64,000 nt of DNA, taken from the NCBI GenBank assembly GCA_963730935.1, contig CAVSTP010000003.1, positions 640,001 through 704,000 of the forward strand, read 5' to 3'. This stretch comes from an uncultured Nitrospiraceae bacterium. GTDB lineage: Bacteria > Nitrospirota > Nitrospiria > Nitrospirales > Nitrospiraceae. The notes beneath the pieces were generated by a model. It searched no databases and was not told the DNA's origin. It was given only the letters and a program-made list of their open reading frames with translations. Shown here piece after piece: positions 1 to 13,333 of this stretch; positions within the stretch are counted from its first letter, which is position 1, and the number at the start of each line of letters is the position of its first letter. The position numbers and the translations under genes are program-made.

Positions 1-2730
<2,730 letters not shown>

Positions 2731-2733
2731 GCA

Positions 2734-4203
2734 ATGACTCCCTGGTCTCAGCATCCGACGATCTATGAGATCAACACCTGGGTCTGGCTTCACGAGCTGA
2801 GCGAGCAGGCACAGCGTCCCGTCACCCTCGGCAACGTCCCGACGCAGGTCTGGGACGGCCTGGCCTTCTACGGATGTGACGCCGTCTGGTTGATGGGGGT
2901 GTGGGAGCGAAGTCCGGCGGGTATCGCAGTATCCATGCGAAACGATGCGCTTGTGAACGAATTCCGTCGGCTCTTGTCTGATTTTACCGCTCAAGACAAT
3001 GTCGGCTCCGCCTATTGCGTGAAGGATTACCGTGTGGACGCACGCCTCGGCGGTCCGAAAGGGTTGGCGCAGGCCAGATCGGAGTTGGCCGCACGGGGCA
3101 TGCGATTGATCCTGGATTTTGTGCCCAACCATGTGGCGCCGGATCATTCGTGGGCAACGGAACATCCGGAATACTTCATTCAAGGCAGCGCACCCGAGTT
3201 GGCCGAACGTCCCGGCGAGTTCCTCCGGATCGGCGATCATGTGCTGGCTTGTGGGCGGGATCCCTATTTCCCTCCTTGGCAGGACGTTTTACAGTTGAAT
3301 GCCTTCAGGCCGAATCTGCGGAAAGCCACCATCGCGACGGTCCTGTCGATCGCTGACCAGTGCGACGGGATGCGCTGTGACATGGCGATGCTGCTGCTCA
3401 ACCAGGTGTTTGAACGCACATGGGGGCAACGTGCCGGTGCCATGCCGCAGACCGAGTATTGGCGTGATGTGATCGGTGTCGTGAAGCAGCGGTATCCGGA
3501 TGTGCTCTTCATGGCCGAGGCCTATTGGGATTTGGAATGGCAGCTGCAACAGCAAGGCTTCGACTTCTGCTACGACAAGCGGCTCTACGATCGCCTGGAG
3601 CACGACAACCCGGAAGCGATCAGGCTTCATCTCTGCGCCGAGTCCGGGTATCAGCAGAAACTTGTCAGGTTCATCGAAAATCATGATGAGCCTCGTGCCG
3701 CAGCGACGTTCCCTGCGTTAAAGGCGAGGGCGGCGGCCGTCACGGTTTCCACCCTACAGGGCGCGGTGTTGTTCCACGACGGACAGTTCGAAGGGCGGCG
3801 CGTCAGACTTCCCGTGTTCTTGCGGCGTGGTCCGAAGGAGCCGACCGACCGCAACCTCCAGGAGTTTTACACGAAGCTTCTTCGAGCCCTTCGCCGCGAC
3901 GATTTCAGGGAAGGGCAATGGCAGCTCTGCGAGCGGACGGGATGGCCGGATAACCACAGCTATGCCAACCTGGTGGCCTGGTGTTGGACTCATGAAGAGA
4001 CGGGCCACCTCATTGTCGTCAACCTGTCCGACCAGCCGGCGCAGGGCAGGGTCCGGATTCCTGTACCGACTCTTGCCGGGAAAAGCTGGCGCGTGACGGA
4101 TGAATTCAGCGGGACGGTCTTTGAGCGGGAGGGGAATGAGCTGCAGCAAGACGGACTGTACGTCGAGCTCGATGCATGGGGTTTTCATGTGCTGAAGTTC
4201 TGA
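2734..4203 (+). CDS. GH13 alpha-amylase family protein
   Basis: GH13 conserved regions LDFVPNH, DGMRCDMA, AEAYW, FIENHDE. Confidence 0.85.
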   Translation: MTPWSQHPTIYEINTWVWLHELSEQAQRPVTLGNVPTQVWDGLAFYGCDAVWLMGVWERSPAGIAVSMRNDALVNEFRRLLSDFTAQDNVGSAYCVKDYRVDARLGGPKGLAQARSELAARGMRLILDFVPNHVAPDHSWATEHPEYFIQGSAPELAERPGEFLRIGDHVLACGRDPYFPPWQDVLQLNAFRPNLRKATIATVLSIADQCDGMRCDMAMLLLNQVFERTWGQRAGAMPQTEYWRDVIGVVKQRYPDVLFMAEAYWDLEWQLQQQGFDFCYDKRLYDRLEHDNPEAIRLHLCAESGYQQKLVRFIENHDEPRAAATFPALKARAAAVTVSTLQGAVLFHDGQFEGRRVRLPVFLRRGPKEPTDRNLQEFYTKLLRALRRDDFREGQWQLCERTGWPDNHSYANLVAWCWTHEETGHLIVVNLSDQPAQGRVRIPVPTLAGKSWRVTDEFSGTVFEREGNELQQDGLYVELDAWGFHVLKF

Positions 4204-4261
4204 GCGATGTATCATGGCGCAGTGGTCCCGGAGTAGAGCAAATCGGCCCAAGGAGGTGGAC

Positions 4262-4693
4262 ATGTGGCAGAGACGGTCATGGGGTTCGCTTTTGATACTG
4301 ATGGCCATGCTTAATTGGGGCTGCGGAGCACTGCAATCCATGGGCGGGACGGATGTCCTGACGGGGTTGCTGACCAACCAGTTGGGCGTCACGTCGAATC
4401 AGGCGATGGGCGGCGTGGGATCCATTCTCACCCTCGCAAAGGAACGGCTGTCGGGGATGGATTTCACCGCCTTGACCAAATTGATCCCCGGCGCAGATAC
4501 CTACATGAAGACCGCGAAAGACCTGGGTGCCGTGACGGGACCGGTTGGTGATCAGGCGGGGCTAACGTCTGCCTTCTCGCGGTTGGGGATGGGTCCTGAT
4601 ATGGTACCGAAATTCACGCAGACCCTTTCCGATTTTGTAGGGAAAGGGGGAGGAGAATCGGCCAAGAACCTTGTAGCAGCTGCCGTTCGGTAA
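4262..4693 (+). CDS. DUF2780-like lipoprotein
   Basis: RBS AAGGAGG before ATG 4262; lipobox-like LNWGC; L-x-x-QLGVT-x-x-QA-x-GG-x-G pattern. Confidence 0.65.
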   Translation: MWQRRSWGSLLILMAMLNWGCGALQSMGGTDVLTGLLTNQLGVTSNQAMGGVGSILTLAKERLSGMDFTALTKLIPGADTYMKTAKDLGAVTGPVGDQAGLTSAFSRLGMGPDMVPKFTQTLSDFVGKGGGESAKNLVAAAVR

Positions 4694-4712
4694 CGGCAGC
4701 AGGAGTACGATC

Positions 4713-5225
4713 ATGAAGGAAGCCATGGGACGCAGGTGGATAATAATACCGCTGCTCGTGCTGTCGGCATCCTGTGCGACGATGCCGACAGGCTTTGAAG
4801 CGCCGCGCGTCACGATTACCGATCTCACTCCCAAGGAGATGGCGATCTTTGAGCAGAAGTTCGACGTGAAACTGAGGATTCAAAACGCGAATGACACCGA
4901 ACTCAGCATCAACGGTCTTCGGTTTGACATCGAATTGAATGACCGCGAGTTTGCCAATGGTATGTCCGGGCAGCGCGTCACTGTGCCACGGTTTGGATCG
5001 GAAGTTGTGGACGTCGAAGTTTTTACGACGCTTGCCAGCTTTCTGCGTCAAGTCCAAGATCTCAGCGCGGGCGCAGGACAAAAAATCAGATACCGGCTGA
5101 AAGGCACGGCATTCGTTGACTCCCCCGGCACCTTCAAGGCGCCATTCGACGAGAAGGGTGAAATTGACCTGAATCTTGGGACTGGTGCTGAGAAGTCGCC
5201 AGTCGATGGTTCGAAGGGATTTTAA
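4713..5225 (+). CDS. LEA type 2 / WHy domain lipoprotein
   Basis: Lipobox LSASC; beta-rich LRIQNAND..LSINGLRFDIELN..FANG pattern typical of LEA_2. Confidence 0.75.
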   Translation: MKEAMGRRWIIIPLLVLSASCATMPTGFEAPRVTITDLTPKEMAIFEQKFDVKLRIQNANDTELSINGLRFDIELNDREFANGMSGQRVTVPRFGSEVVDVEVFTTLASFLRQVQDLSAGAGQKIRYRLKGTAFVDSPGTFKAPFDEKGEIDLNLGTGAEKSPVDGSKGF

Positions 5226-5240
5226 GAGAAGGACGCTCAC

Positions 5241-5948
5241 ATGAGGGCACGACTCACTACGGCCTTCAGACGCATGTTGGTCGGCATGGGAGTCACCATG
5301 ACGCTGGTCATGGTGACTCCCATGCCAGGGCTCTCGGCCGATGCGACGACACAGCAGCAACTCGTGGACAAGGCGCAACTGACGCTTGAGGCCTTTGCGT
5401 CCGATGGCCAGTTGAAGGATGTGTTCAAACAGCTGAGCAAGGAAGCGAGAGCGCTCTTCATCATTCCGCAGTTCATGCGGGGAGCCTTCATCTTCGGCGG
5501 CGCCGGCGGCAGCGGCGTGTTGATCGCACGGGATGAACGGACGGGAAAATGGGGAGATCCGGTGTTCTACAACATCGGCTCGGCCAGTTTCGGTGCACAG
5601 ATCGGTGCCGATGTCTCTGAAATGGTCTTGGTCGTCCGGACCAAGAAAGGGCTGGAAGAGTTTTTCACAAACGATTTCAAGCTTGGGGCCAATGCCGGGA
5701 TGGCGACCGGTCCCGTCGGCGCAGGCATGGCCACTCAAGGTATCACGGCGGATATCATCTCCTACGCCAGACAGAAGGGCGCATTTGCGGGCATGGCCGT
5801 CGATGGAGCGTTCGTGTCGGTTTCAAATGACTCCAATCAGGCGTATTATGGGAAATCCGTGCGCCCGACCGACATTATTGTGAAGAAGGAAATCGGAAAT
5901 CCCAAGTCACTGCAGCTTCGGGCCGCCGCTGATAAGCTAATGAATTAG
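5241..5948 (+). CDS. Lipid-binding SYLF (Ysc84) domain protein
   Basis: GAFIFGGAGGSGVL, ASFGAQIG, KGAFAG..DG, N.AYYG motifs; signal peptide. Confidence 0.85.
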   Translation: MRARLTTAFRRMLVGMGVTMTLVMVTPMPGLSADATTQQQLVDKAQLTLEAFASDGQLKDVFKQLSKEARALFIIPQFMRGAFIFGGAGGSGVLIARDERTGKWGDPVFYNIGSASFGAQIGADVSEMVLVVRTKKGLEEFFTNDFKLGANAGMATGPVGAGMATQGITADIISYARQKGAFAGMAVDGAFVSVSNDSNQAYYGKSVRPTDIIVKKEIGNPKSLQLRAAADKLMN

Positions 5949-5983
5949 ACGGCGAGCCGGAGATCTGTGAGCGCCACAGCTAG

Positions 5984-6994
5984 ATGAGCGAAAGGCCATG
6001 CGGTCGATCACTGGGCGCAGCAGTGCTGGGCATCTTCCTGATGTTCATGTGGAGTGGCCACGGATCGGCCCATGGGGAAGTCAACGGCACAGATCGCTCA
6101 TCCGAAAGCACGTCGAGCCCGGTGTTGGAGTCGCCGGCAATAGAGAACGAGCCCGAGAGCGAACCCGAGAGCGAACCCGAGGGACCTGCATCACCATCAG
6201 AAAAGGAACCCGAACGCCGGATCTTCAAGCGGATCGGGCCGCAGCCCATGACGCCGGAGCAGCGGGAAGAGGCCGAACGGCTTCGCAAGGTCGCTGCGAG
6301 ATACGGAACGGATCCCACGGCGATCGTGGGACGCATCCAACTCACCAGCCAATACCTCGATCTGACTCAGGGCGCAAACGCGACGGTATCGACGGTGCGC
6401 GTCGATCTCCCGTTTCGGAACGATTTTCTGCTCCGAATGGATATGCCGTTCCTCAGGACGAACGATCCCAATAACCCTGGAATGAGCGGTCACCGTGGCG
6501 TCAGCGATCTTGCCGTTACCGCCGCATGGCGCGCGTATAATACGCCAGAATACGCGCTCCTGGTTGGTGTACTGTCCACGTTTCCAACCGCCGCCCAGGA
6601 CACCCTCGGCTTGGGCAAGTACACGGTTGGCCCCGCAATTGCCACTGCCCGGTTCCTTCCTCGATTGGATTCATTCCTGATCGGCCTCTTGTCATATCAA
6701 ACGTCCGTGGGCGGAGATCCATCCAGAAAAGACGTCTCATTGTTCAACGTGACCGCGCAGGTGAATTCCTTCTGGGGACAGCGATGGTGGACCATCGTTC
6801 AGTCGGTCTGGCAAGTCGATTTCGAACGGAGCGGAAAAAGCAGCATGGTCATGGAATTCGAAGGCGGCAGGAATTTGATCGGGCGGGTAGGAGCCTACGT
6901 CCGGCCGGGCGTAGGAATCTATGGACGTGATGTCGCCGGGGCTTATATCTGGAATATTGAAGTCGGCATCCGCTACATGTTCAAGAGTTTCTGA
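5984..6994 (+). CDS. Secreted/outer-membrane beta-barrel-like hypothetical protein
   Basis: Signal peptide, acidic EPES linker, amphipathic beta strands, LGLGKYTVGP, C-terminal Phe. Confidence 0.55.
   Translation: MSERPCGRSLGAAVLGIFLMFMWSGHGSAHGEVNGTDRSSESTSSPVLESPAIENEPESEPESEPEGPASPSEKEPERRIFKRIGPQPMTPEQREEAERLRKVAARYGTDPTAIVGRIQLTSQYLDLTQGANATVSTVRVDLPFRNDFLLRMDMPFLRTNDPNNPGMSGHRGVSDLAVTAAWRAYNTPEYALLVGVLSTFPTAAQDTLGLGKYTVGPAIATARFLPRLDSFLIGLLSYQTSVGGDPSRKDVSLFNVTAQVNSFWGQRWWTIVQSVWQVDFERSGKSSMVMEFEGGRNLIGRVGAYVRPGVGIYGRDVAGAYIWNIEVGIRYMFKSF
6149..6181 (+). repeat. 12-bp in-frame tandem repeat (GARCCCGAGAGC x2.75, encodes EPES EPES EPE)
   Basis: Directly visible in the sequence. Confidence 0.8.
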
Positions 6995-6997
6995 TCT

Positions 6998-7894
6998 TTA
7001 TTTCAGCGCTTCCGCGCCGCCGACGATGTCCATGAGTTCTTTGGTGATTACGGCCTGCCGGGTTTTGTTGTAGTAAATCGTCAGTTTCTTGATCAGTTCG
7101 CCGGCATTGCGCGTCGCACCGTCCATGGCTGTCATGCGGGCTCCCTGTTCTGCGGCCGACGATTCCAGCAGCATGCGATAGGCTTGGACGTGGAAATTAC
7201 GGTGCAGCAGTTGCTCCAACACTTCGGCTTCGCTCGGCTCGTAGAGATAGCCGCCGGGCATCTGCTCCATCGTGTGTTCAACGTCTTTCACGTCTGCAAT
7301 CTCGACAACCCAATCAATCGGAAGCAGCCGTTCGACGACGACACGCTGCTGAATGGCGGATTTGAACTCGTTGTAGATGGCATACACCGCATCGGTTCGC
7401 CCGGTCACATAGTCGTCGATGGCTTGAAGCTCCGTGCCCAGGAGCATGCCGTGCTCGAACGAGAGCTTGTCGAAGATGTCGACGACTTCGCGGCGGACCT
7501 TCCAGCTGCGTCGTCGGAAGAAATCGCGGCCTTTCTTGCCGATGACCGCCACTTCGACCTCCATCCCTTTCGACTCGAACTCCTTAAGCGCGGCGGCCGC
7601 AGTGCGAAGGATGTTGGCGTTGAAGGCGCCGCATAATCCCCGATCGCTCGTGACCACGGCAATGACGAGGTGATGCTCCTCACGCTTCTTGAGCAAGGGG
7701 TGCGCGTCTCGATTCACGCGCCGGCTGAGCGTTCGAATCGTATCCCGCATCTTGTGAGCGTACGGGCGGGCGGCGAGAATGCGGTCCTGCGTCCGCTTGA
7801 GCTTGGCCGCAGCGACCATCTTCATCGCTTTCGTGATCTTTTGGGTTTTCTTGACGGAATCGATCTTCCGCCTGACGGATTGGAGGCTTGGCAT
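6998..7894 (-). CDS. atpG: F1 ATP synthase gamma subunit (orphan copy)
   Basis: TQKITKAMKMVAAAKL, TSDRGLCGAFNANI, EQGARMTAMDGATRNA, NKTRQAVITKELMDIVGGAEAL; start taken at ATG 7894 (MPSLQS). Confidence 0.95.
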   Translation of the reverse strand: MPSLQSVRRKIDSVKKTQKITKAMKMVAAAKLKRTQDRILAARPYAHKMRDTIRTLSRRVNRDAHPLLKKREEHHLVIAVVTSDRGLCGAFNANILRTAAAALKEFESKGMEVEVAVIGKKGRDFFRRRSWKVRREVVDIFDKLSFEHGMLLGTELQAIDDYVTGRTDAVYAIYNEFKSAIQQRVVVERLLPIDWVVEIADVKDVEHTMEQMPGGYLYEPSEAEVLEQLLHRNFHVQAYRMLLESSAAEQGARMTAMDGATRNAGELIKKLTIYYNKTRQAVITKELMDIVGGAEALK

Positions 7895-8028
7895 ACAGGG
7901 TGATCCGAATGGGGAGCCGCACCGTACCATTTGGCTGCAAGGCAGGTCAAGGCAAGGGACAACGACGTTGCGACCTAACGGATCTCTGTTGTACTGTCGC
8001 GGCGTGGAAGACCATGAGGAGTGTCGAC

Positions 8029-8391
8029 ATGCTCAGCCATGAACTGTTGCGCGACGAGGGGATTCTGATCCTTCGGCCCCAGGGACCCCTTCAGGCGGGC
8101 GATTTCATCTCGCTTGCCACGGTTGTTGATCCGTATCTGCAGGAACACCGCACATTACGAGGGATTATGGTCGACGCGCAGTCTTTTCCGGGATGGGACT
8201 CGTTTGCCGCGCTGGTCTCCCACCTTGAATTTGTTCGCGACCATCATCGCCTGATCGGCAAGATCGCGGCGGTTTCAGATAGTCCGGTCCTTTCCCTGGC
8301 GCCCCAACTGGCCAAGCATTTTGTGAAGGCCGAGATTCGCCATTTCAGCGCGAACGAACGGGCAGCGGCGCTGGCCTGGCTTCGCCAGTAA
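8029..8391 (+). CDS. STAS/SEC14 (SpoIIAA-like) domain protein
   Basis: RBS GAGGAG; FPGWDSFAAL..HL.FVRDHH..I.KIAAVSD and EIRHF..E..AALAWL pattern. Confidence 0.8.
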   Translation: MLSHELLRDEGILILRPQGPLQAGDFISLATVVDPYLQEHRTLRGIMVDAQSFPGWDSFAALVSHLEFVRDHHRLIGKIAAVSDSPVLSLAPQLAKHFVKAEIRHFSANERAAALAWLRQ

Positions 8392-8530
8392 ATCCTTCCT
8401 TCAAGACTTCCTTTCCGGTCTATCGCTCGAAGGTACGGACGTGTATGCGTGTGGGAAACAGCCGTCTTGTGGGAAGGATGCCGAAGGGTCCTGGGGAGGC
8501 TCCTAGGCCATATGTTGCCGCCATAGGGGT

Positions 8531-8546
8531 CTGTCAAATTTGACAG
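8531..8546. promoter_or_regulatory. Perfect 16-bp palindrome CTGTCAAATTTGACAG, putative transcription factor site
   Basis: Intergenic, about 105 bp upstream of fda; related sites at 27274 and 44204; -10-like TAGAGT at 8570-8575. Confidence 0.65.
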
Positions 8547-8651
8547 TGTTCCCGGCAAAGTTGGCGTTGTAGAGTGCGTTTCCGACTGCGCAGTGTTCGT
8601 ACAGACAATGATGACGACTGACTGGCAAGAATTGCAGGGGAGGCTTCCACC

Positions 8652-9554
8652 ATGAACACTCTCAGCTCTCACGAGCAACAACAGCGGCAGATGAAGACAC
8701 ATCCCGGTTTCATTGCGGCACTGGACCAAAGCGGGGGCAGCACGCCCAAGGCGCTGCATCAATATGGAATCAAGGAAGGAGCATGGTCCAACGACAATGA
8801 AATGTTTACTATCGTACATCAGATGCGCGCGCGCATCATTACCAGTCCCGGTTTTTCCGGCAAGCGGATCATTGCCGCCATCTTGTTCGAAGACACCATG
8901 AATAGGGAGATCGCGGGGAAACCTACTGCGGACTATCTTTGGAATGAGAAGCAAGTGGTCCCTTTCCTCAAAGTGGACAAAGGCCTTTTGCCTGAAGAGA
9001 ACGGGGTTCAGTTGATGAAGCCCATCTCCGGACTTGCCGCACTGCTCGACAAAGCCAAAACGAAAAACATCTTCGGGACCAAGATGCGTTCTGTCATCAA
9101 GGAAGCCAATGGAGCCGGCATCAAGAACATCGTGAATCAGCAGTTCGAGATTGGGGGGCAGATCATCTCCGCTGGCCTCGTACCGATCCTCGAGCCTGAA
9201 GTTGACATTCGCTGTCCTGAGAAGGGCAAAGCCGAAGGGCTGCTCAAGGACGCCATCCTGAAGCAACTCAGCGAACTGCCGGCGAATCAATTGGTCATGC
9301 TCAAGCTCACAATTCCGGATCAAGACGACTTCTACCTTGATTGCATTCGACATCCTAAGGTGTTGAGGGTCGTCGCGCTGTCGGGCGGTTATACGAGGGA
9401 AGAAGCCAACAACCGTCTGCGGCGGAATCATGGACTCATCGCGAGCTTTTCGCGGGCACTGGTAGAAGGGCTGTCGGCCCAGCAATCCGATGCTGAGTTC
9501 AACGCCATGCTGGATAAATTCATTCAGAGCATCTTTGATGCGTCCAATACTTAA
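8652..9554 (+). CDS. fda: Fructose-bisphosphate aldolase class I (bacterial Fda type)
   Basis: [50 protein letters not shown]. Confidence 0.92.
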   Translation: MNTLSSHEQQQRQMKTHPGFIAALDQSGGSTPKALHQYGIKEGAWSNDNEMFTIVHQMRARIITSPGFSGKRIIAAILFEDTMNREIAGKPTADYLWNEKQVVPFLKVDKGLLPEENGVQLMKPISGLAALLDKAKTKNIFGTKMRSVIKEANGAGIKNIVNQQFEIGGQIISAGLVPILEPEVDIRCPEKGKAEGLLKDAILKQLSELPANQLVMLKLTIPDQDDFYLDCIRHPKVLRVVALSGGYTREEANNRLRRNHGLIASFSRALVEGLSAQQSDAEFNAMLDKFIQSIFDASNT

Positions 9555-9621
9555 GATAAGCGGTCTGCTCTACTCGGACTGATGATAACTGAGGCGCAGG
9601 CCCTGACACTTCAGCGTTGAC

Positions 9622-10842
9622 ATGCGGATCCTGGTGATTAATAGCGGAAGCTCATCGATCAAATTCCGGCTCGCAGAGGTCGTAGAGGAAAAGGGCACAC
9701 TGGCAACGCGACCGGGCCTGCTCGAAGGGGCCGTCAAAGGGATTGGAGGCGCGCCGAGCGTCGACATGACTGGACAACTGGTGAGCCGTTCAACGACCAA
9801 GATAGAAGCTCGAGACCATACCCAGGCCATGCGTGTGCTCATGAATCAGCTTGGCAATTCGCTGAGCAGCATCCAAGCCGTGGGACACAGGGTGGTGCAC
9901 GGCGGAGACCGCTACGTCGAGTCCACTGTGATTACCGACCAGATTGAAGCTGGAATCGATGCGCTATCCGAATTGGCGCCGCTCCACAACCCTGCCTGTC
10001 TCGCGGGCATTCGGGGGGCGAAAGCGGCCTTGGGATCAACCGTTCCGATGGTGGCTGTCTTCGATACGGCGTTTCACCGAACGATGCCTGAAGTCGCCAG
10101 GCACTATGCGATCTCAACCGAGCTCGCCGATCGCCATCACATCCGCCGATATGGATTTCACGGGATCGCGCATGCGTCGCTCGCTAACGGCTACGGGGTC
10201 TGCACTGGAAACTCGTTGAAGCAGGCGCGCATCATCACGCTTCAGTTGGGCAACGGCTGTTCGGTCGCCGCGATTGCAGAAGGGAAATCGATCGAGACTT
10301 CGATGGGGTTTACTCCGTTGGAAGGCTTGGTTATGGGGACACGCTCGGGAGATATCGATCCTTCCGTCGTCAGTTATCTTTCCGAGCGGGAAAAAGTCGA
10401 ACCGGCCGAAGTGGAACGATGGCTCAACCAGCGATCCGGCCTCCTGGGACTCTCAGGACGATCCAATGACATGCGGGAGCTCTTGCGCGCCGTCGAGCAG
10501 GAAGGGGACCAGCGCGCCGAGTTCGCCGTCGATCTCTTTTGCTACCGGGTGCGTAAATATCTGGGCGCCTACCTGGCCGTATTGGGTGGCGCGGATGCGA
10601 TCGTCTTTGGAGGCGGCATTGGGGAAAACGCGCCGGAGGTTCGGAAACGAATCTGCCGGAACATGGAGTGGTGCGGGATGAGTGTTCATCCAGACCGCAA
10701 TCGGACTGCCGTAGGACTCAGCGCGGGGTCGGCGGGGAAGATCAGTACGGATGATTCGCGGGTGGCGGTGTACGTCGTGGCGGCCGACGAAGAAACATGG
10801 ATTGCAAAAGAAACGGCTCGCTGTGTGCGGGCGATCAATTGA
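9622..10842 (+). CDS. ackA: Acetate kinase
   Basis: ILVINSGSSSIKF, GHRVVHGG, LAPLHNP, FDTAFH, RRYGFHG, TSMGFTPLEGLVMGTRSGDIDP. Confidence 0.95.
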   Translation: MRILVINSGSSSIKFRLAEVVEEKGTLATRPGLLEGAVKGIGGAPSVDMTGQLVSRSTTKIEARDHTQAMRVLMNQLGNSLSSIQAVGHRVVHGGDRYVESTVITDQIEAGIDALSELAPLHNPACLAGIRGAKAALGSTVPMVAVFDTAFHRTMPEVARHYAISTELADRHHIRRYGFHGIAHASLANGYGVCTGNSLKQARIITLQLGNGCSVAAIAEGKSIETSMGFTPLEGLVMGTRSGDIDPSVVSYLSEREKVEPAEVERWLNQRSGLLGLSGRSNDMRELLRAVEQEGDQRAEFAVDLFCYRVRKYLGAYLAVLGGADAIVFGGGIGENAPEVRKRICRNMEWCGMSVHPDRNRTAVGLSAGSAGKISTDDSRVAVYVVAADEETWIAKETARCVRAIN

Positions 10843-10896
10843 TTATTTTGCAGGCGCCATCCATGAATCGGGGTGGCGGCAGGGAGGGAACGCCTC

Positions 10897-13302
10897 ATGG
10901 GAAATGCACTTTCGGATAAAGAGCTGAAGCTGATTGATGCGTATTGGCGGGCGGCGAATTATCTCTCCGTCGGTCAGATCTACTTGTTCGACAACCCGCT
11001 GTTGAAACAACCGCTGAAGAAAGAGCACATCAAACCCCGCCTGCTCGGCCACTGGGGTACGACGCCGGGGCTGAATTTTCTCTATGCGCACTTGAATCGA
11101 GTGATCAAGCAGCGGGACCTGAACATGATGTACATCATCGGTCCAGGGCACGGCGGTCCCGCGATCGTGGCCAACGCTTACATGGAGGGGACCTACTCGG
11201 AAGTGTATCCGAACATGGCTCAGGACGAAGAGGGCATGAAGCGGCTGTTCAAGCAGTTTTCATTTCCGGGCGGCATTCCGAGTCACGTGGCGCCGGAGAC
11301 TCCCGGCTCCATCCATGAGGGCGGTGAATTGGGCTACGCGGTGTCGCATGCCTATGGCGCGGCGTACGACAATCCCGACCTGATCGTCGCCTGCGTCGTC
11401 GGAGACGGGGAGGCCGAAACCGGTCCGCTGGCGACGTCGTGGCACTCGAACAAGTTTCTCAACCCACTCACCGACGGCGTCGTGCTCCCGATTCTGCATT
11501 TGAACGGCTACAAGATCGCCAACCCCTGTGTGCTGGCCCGCATCAGCCATCAGGAGTTGGACCAGCTCTTCCGGGGCTACGGCTACACCCCGTATTTTGT
11601 CGAGGGAAGCGATCCCGAGAAGATGCACCAGATCATGGCGGCGACGCTCGACACGATCATTGAAGACATACACCGCATCAAGACTGAGGCGCGGCGGACG
11701 GGTGCCAAGAAGCGGCCGCTGTGGCCGATGATCATTCTTCGTTCTCCCAAAGGATGGACCTGTCCAAAAGAAATTGACGGGAAACGGTGCGAGGACTACT
11801 GGCGGAGCCATCAAGTGCCGATGGGCGACATGGAAAAGACAGAACACGTCAAGATCCTCGAAAAATGGATGAAGAGCTACAAGCCGGAAGACCTCTTCGA
11901 CAAGACCGGCCGCCTGAAACCTGAGTTGGCGGAGATGCCGCCGAAGGGTGATCGCCGCATGAGTGCTAATCCGCATGCCAACGGCGGGCTGCTGCTCAGG
12001 GATTTGCGGTTGCCCGACTATCAGGACTATGCGGTCCAAGTCGTCAAGCCCGGCGCGACGACGGCAGAATCCACCCGCCACATGGGAAAGTTCTTGCGCG
12101 ACACGATGAAGCTGAATCTGGAAAGCCGTAATTTTCGTCTGTTCAGTCCTGACGAGAACAACTCAAATCGCTGGCAGGACGTGTTGGAAGTCACGAATCG
12201 CGCTTGGATGGCGGAGAGTTTTCCATATGATGATCACCTGGCGCCGGATGGCCGCGTGATGGAAATGCTGAGCGAGCACCAGTGCCAGGGATGGCTGGAA
12301 GGGTATCTCCTGACGGGTCGGCACGGGTTCTTTTCCTGCTATGAGGCGTTCATCCACATCATCGATTCCATGTTCAATCAGCACGCCAAATGGCTGAAGG
12401 TCTGTAACGAGATCCCCTGGCGGAGATCCATCGCCTCGCTCAACTATTTGCTGAGCTCTCATGTGTGGCGGCAGGACCACAACGGATTCAGCCATCAGGA
12501 CCCGGGCTTCATCGATCACGTCGTCAATAAGAAAGCCGACGTCGTGAGGGTCTATCTGCCACCCGATGCGAACACGCTCTTGTCCGTGACCGATCACTGC
12601 CTGCGCAGCAGGAACTACGTCAACGTCATCGTGGCGGGTAAGCAGCCGGCACCGCAATGGCTGACGATGGACCAGGCGATCAAGCATTGTGCGGCCGGTA
12701 TCGGCATTTGGGAATGGGCGAGCAACGACAAAGGCTCAGATCCCGACGTCGTCATGGCGTGTTGCGGGGACGTGCCCACGCTCGAAACACTCGCCGCCGT
12801 GGACATTATCCGGCAGTACGTTCCGGCTTTGAAGATCCGCGTCGTGAACGTGGTAAATCTCATGAAATTACAGCCGCCCAGCGAGCATCCGCACGGTCTT
12901 TCGGACTTCGATTTCGATGCACTCTTTACGAAAGACAAGCCCGTGGTGTTCGCCTTCCACGGCTACCCGTGGTTGATTCATCGTCTCACCTATCGAAGGA
13001 CCAATCACAAGAACCTCCACGTGCGTGGGTACAAAGAGGAAGGCACGACCAGCACGCCGTTCGACATGGTCGTCATGAACGATCTCGACCGGTTCCACCT
13101 CATTGGCGATGTCGTGGACCGCTTGCCGCAACTTGGGTCTCGGGCTGCCTATGCCAAACAGGCGATCCAGGAGAAGCTGCTCGAGCACAAGCAATACATT
13201 GCCAAATACGGCGAGGACATGCCCGAGATCACCAATTGGCAATGGGGGCAGGGAAGTGGCAAGACGAAGCGCACAAGCTCAACGGAAGGCGACAACGTCT
13301 AG
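10897..13302 (+). CDS. xfp: Xylulose-5-P/fructose-6-P phosphoketolase
   Basis: [23 protein letters not shown], ThDP motif [34 protein letters not shown]. Confidence 0.96.
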   Translation: MGNALSDKELKLIDAYWRAANYLSVGQIYLFDNPLLKQPLKKEHIKPRLLGHWGTTPGLNFLYAHLNRVIKQRDLNMMYIIGPGHGGPAIVANAYMEGTYSEVYPNMAQDEEGMKRLFKQFSFPGGIPSHVAPETPGSIHEGGELGYAVSHAYGAAYDNPDLIVACVVGDGEAETGPLATSWHSNKFLNPLTDGVVLPILHLNGYKIANPCVLARISHQELDQLFRGYGYTPYFVEGSDPEKMHQIMAATLDTIIEDIHRIKTEARRTGAKKRPLWPMIILRSPKGWTCPKEIDGKRCEDYWRSHQVPMGDMEKTEHVKILEKWMKSYKPEDLFDKTGRLKPELAEMPPKGDRRMSANPHANGGLLLRDLRLPDYQDYAVQVVKPGATTAESTRHMGKFLRDTMKLNLESRNFRLFSPDENNSNRWQDVLEVTNRAWMAESFPYDDHLAPDGRVMEMLSEHQCQGWLEGYLLTGRHGFFSCYEAFIHIIDSMFNQHAKWLKVCNEIPWRRSIASLNYLLSSHVWRQDHNGFSHQDPGFIDHVVNKKADVVRVYLPPDANTLLSVTDHCLRSRNYVNVIVAGKQPAPQWLTMDQAIKHCAAGIGIWEWASNDKGSDPDVVMACCGDVPTLETLAAVDIIRQYVPALKIRVVNVVNLMKLQPPSEHPHGLSDFDFDALFTKDKPVVFAFHGYPWLIHRLTYRRTNHKNLHVRGYKEEGTTSTPFDMVVMNDLDRFHLIGDVVDRLPQLGSRAAYAKQAIQEKLLEHKQYIAKYGEDMPEITNWQWGQGSGKTKRTSSTEGDNV

Positions 13303-13333
13303 TTGCATCTTCTCCTTGTCGGAGGAGGGTTAA

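Noticed and set aside
6998..7894. atpG as part of an N-ATPase operon
   Set aside because: No other ATPase subunits are nearby and the sequence has canonical F1 gamma motifs.
8244..9485. 413-aa minus-strand ORF and many other long antisense ORFs (for example 4614-5738, 18303-19217, 55931-56842)
   Set aside because: Shadow frames of well-supported genes in GC-rich DNA, with no recognisable motifs.
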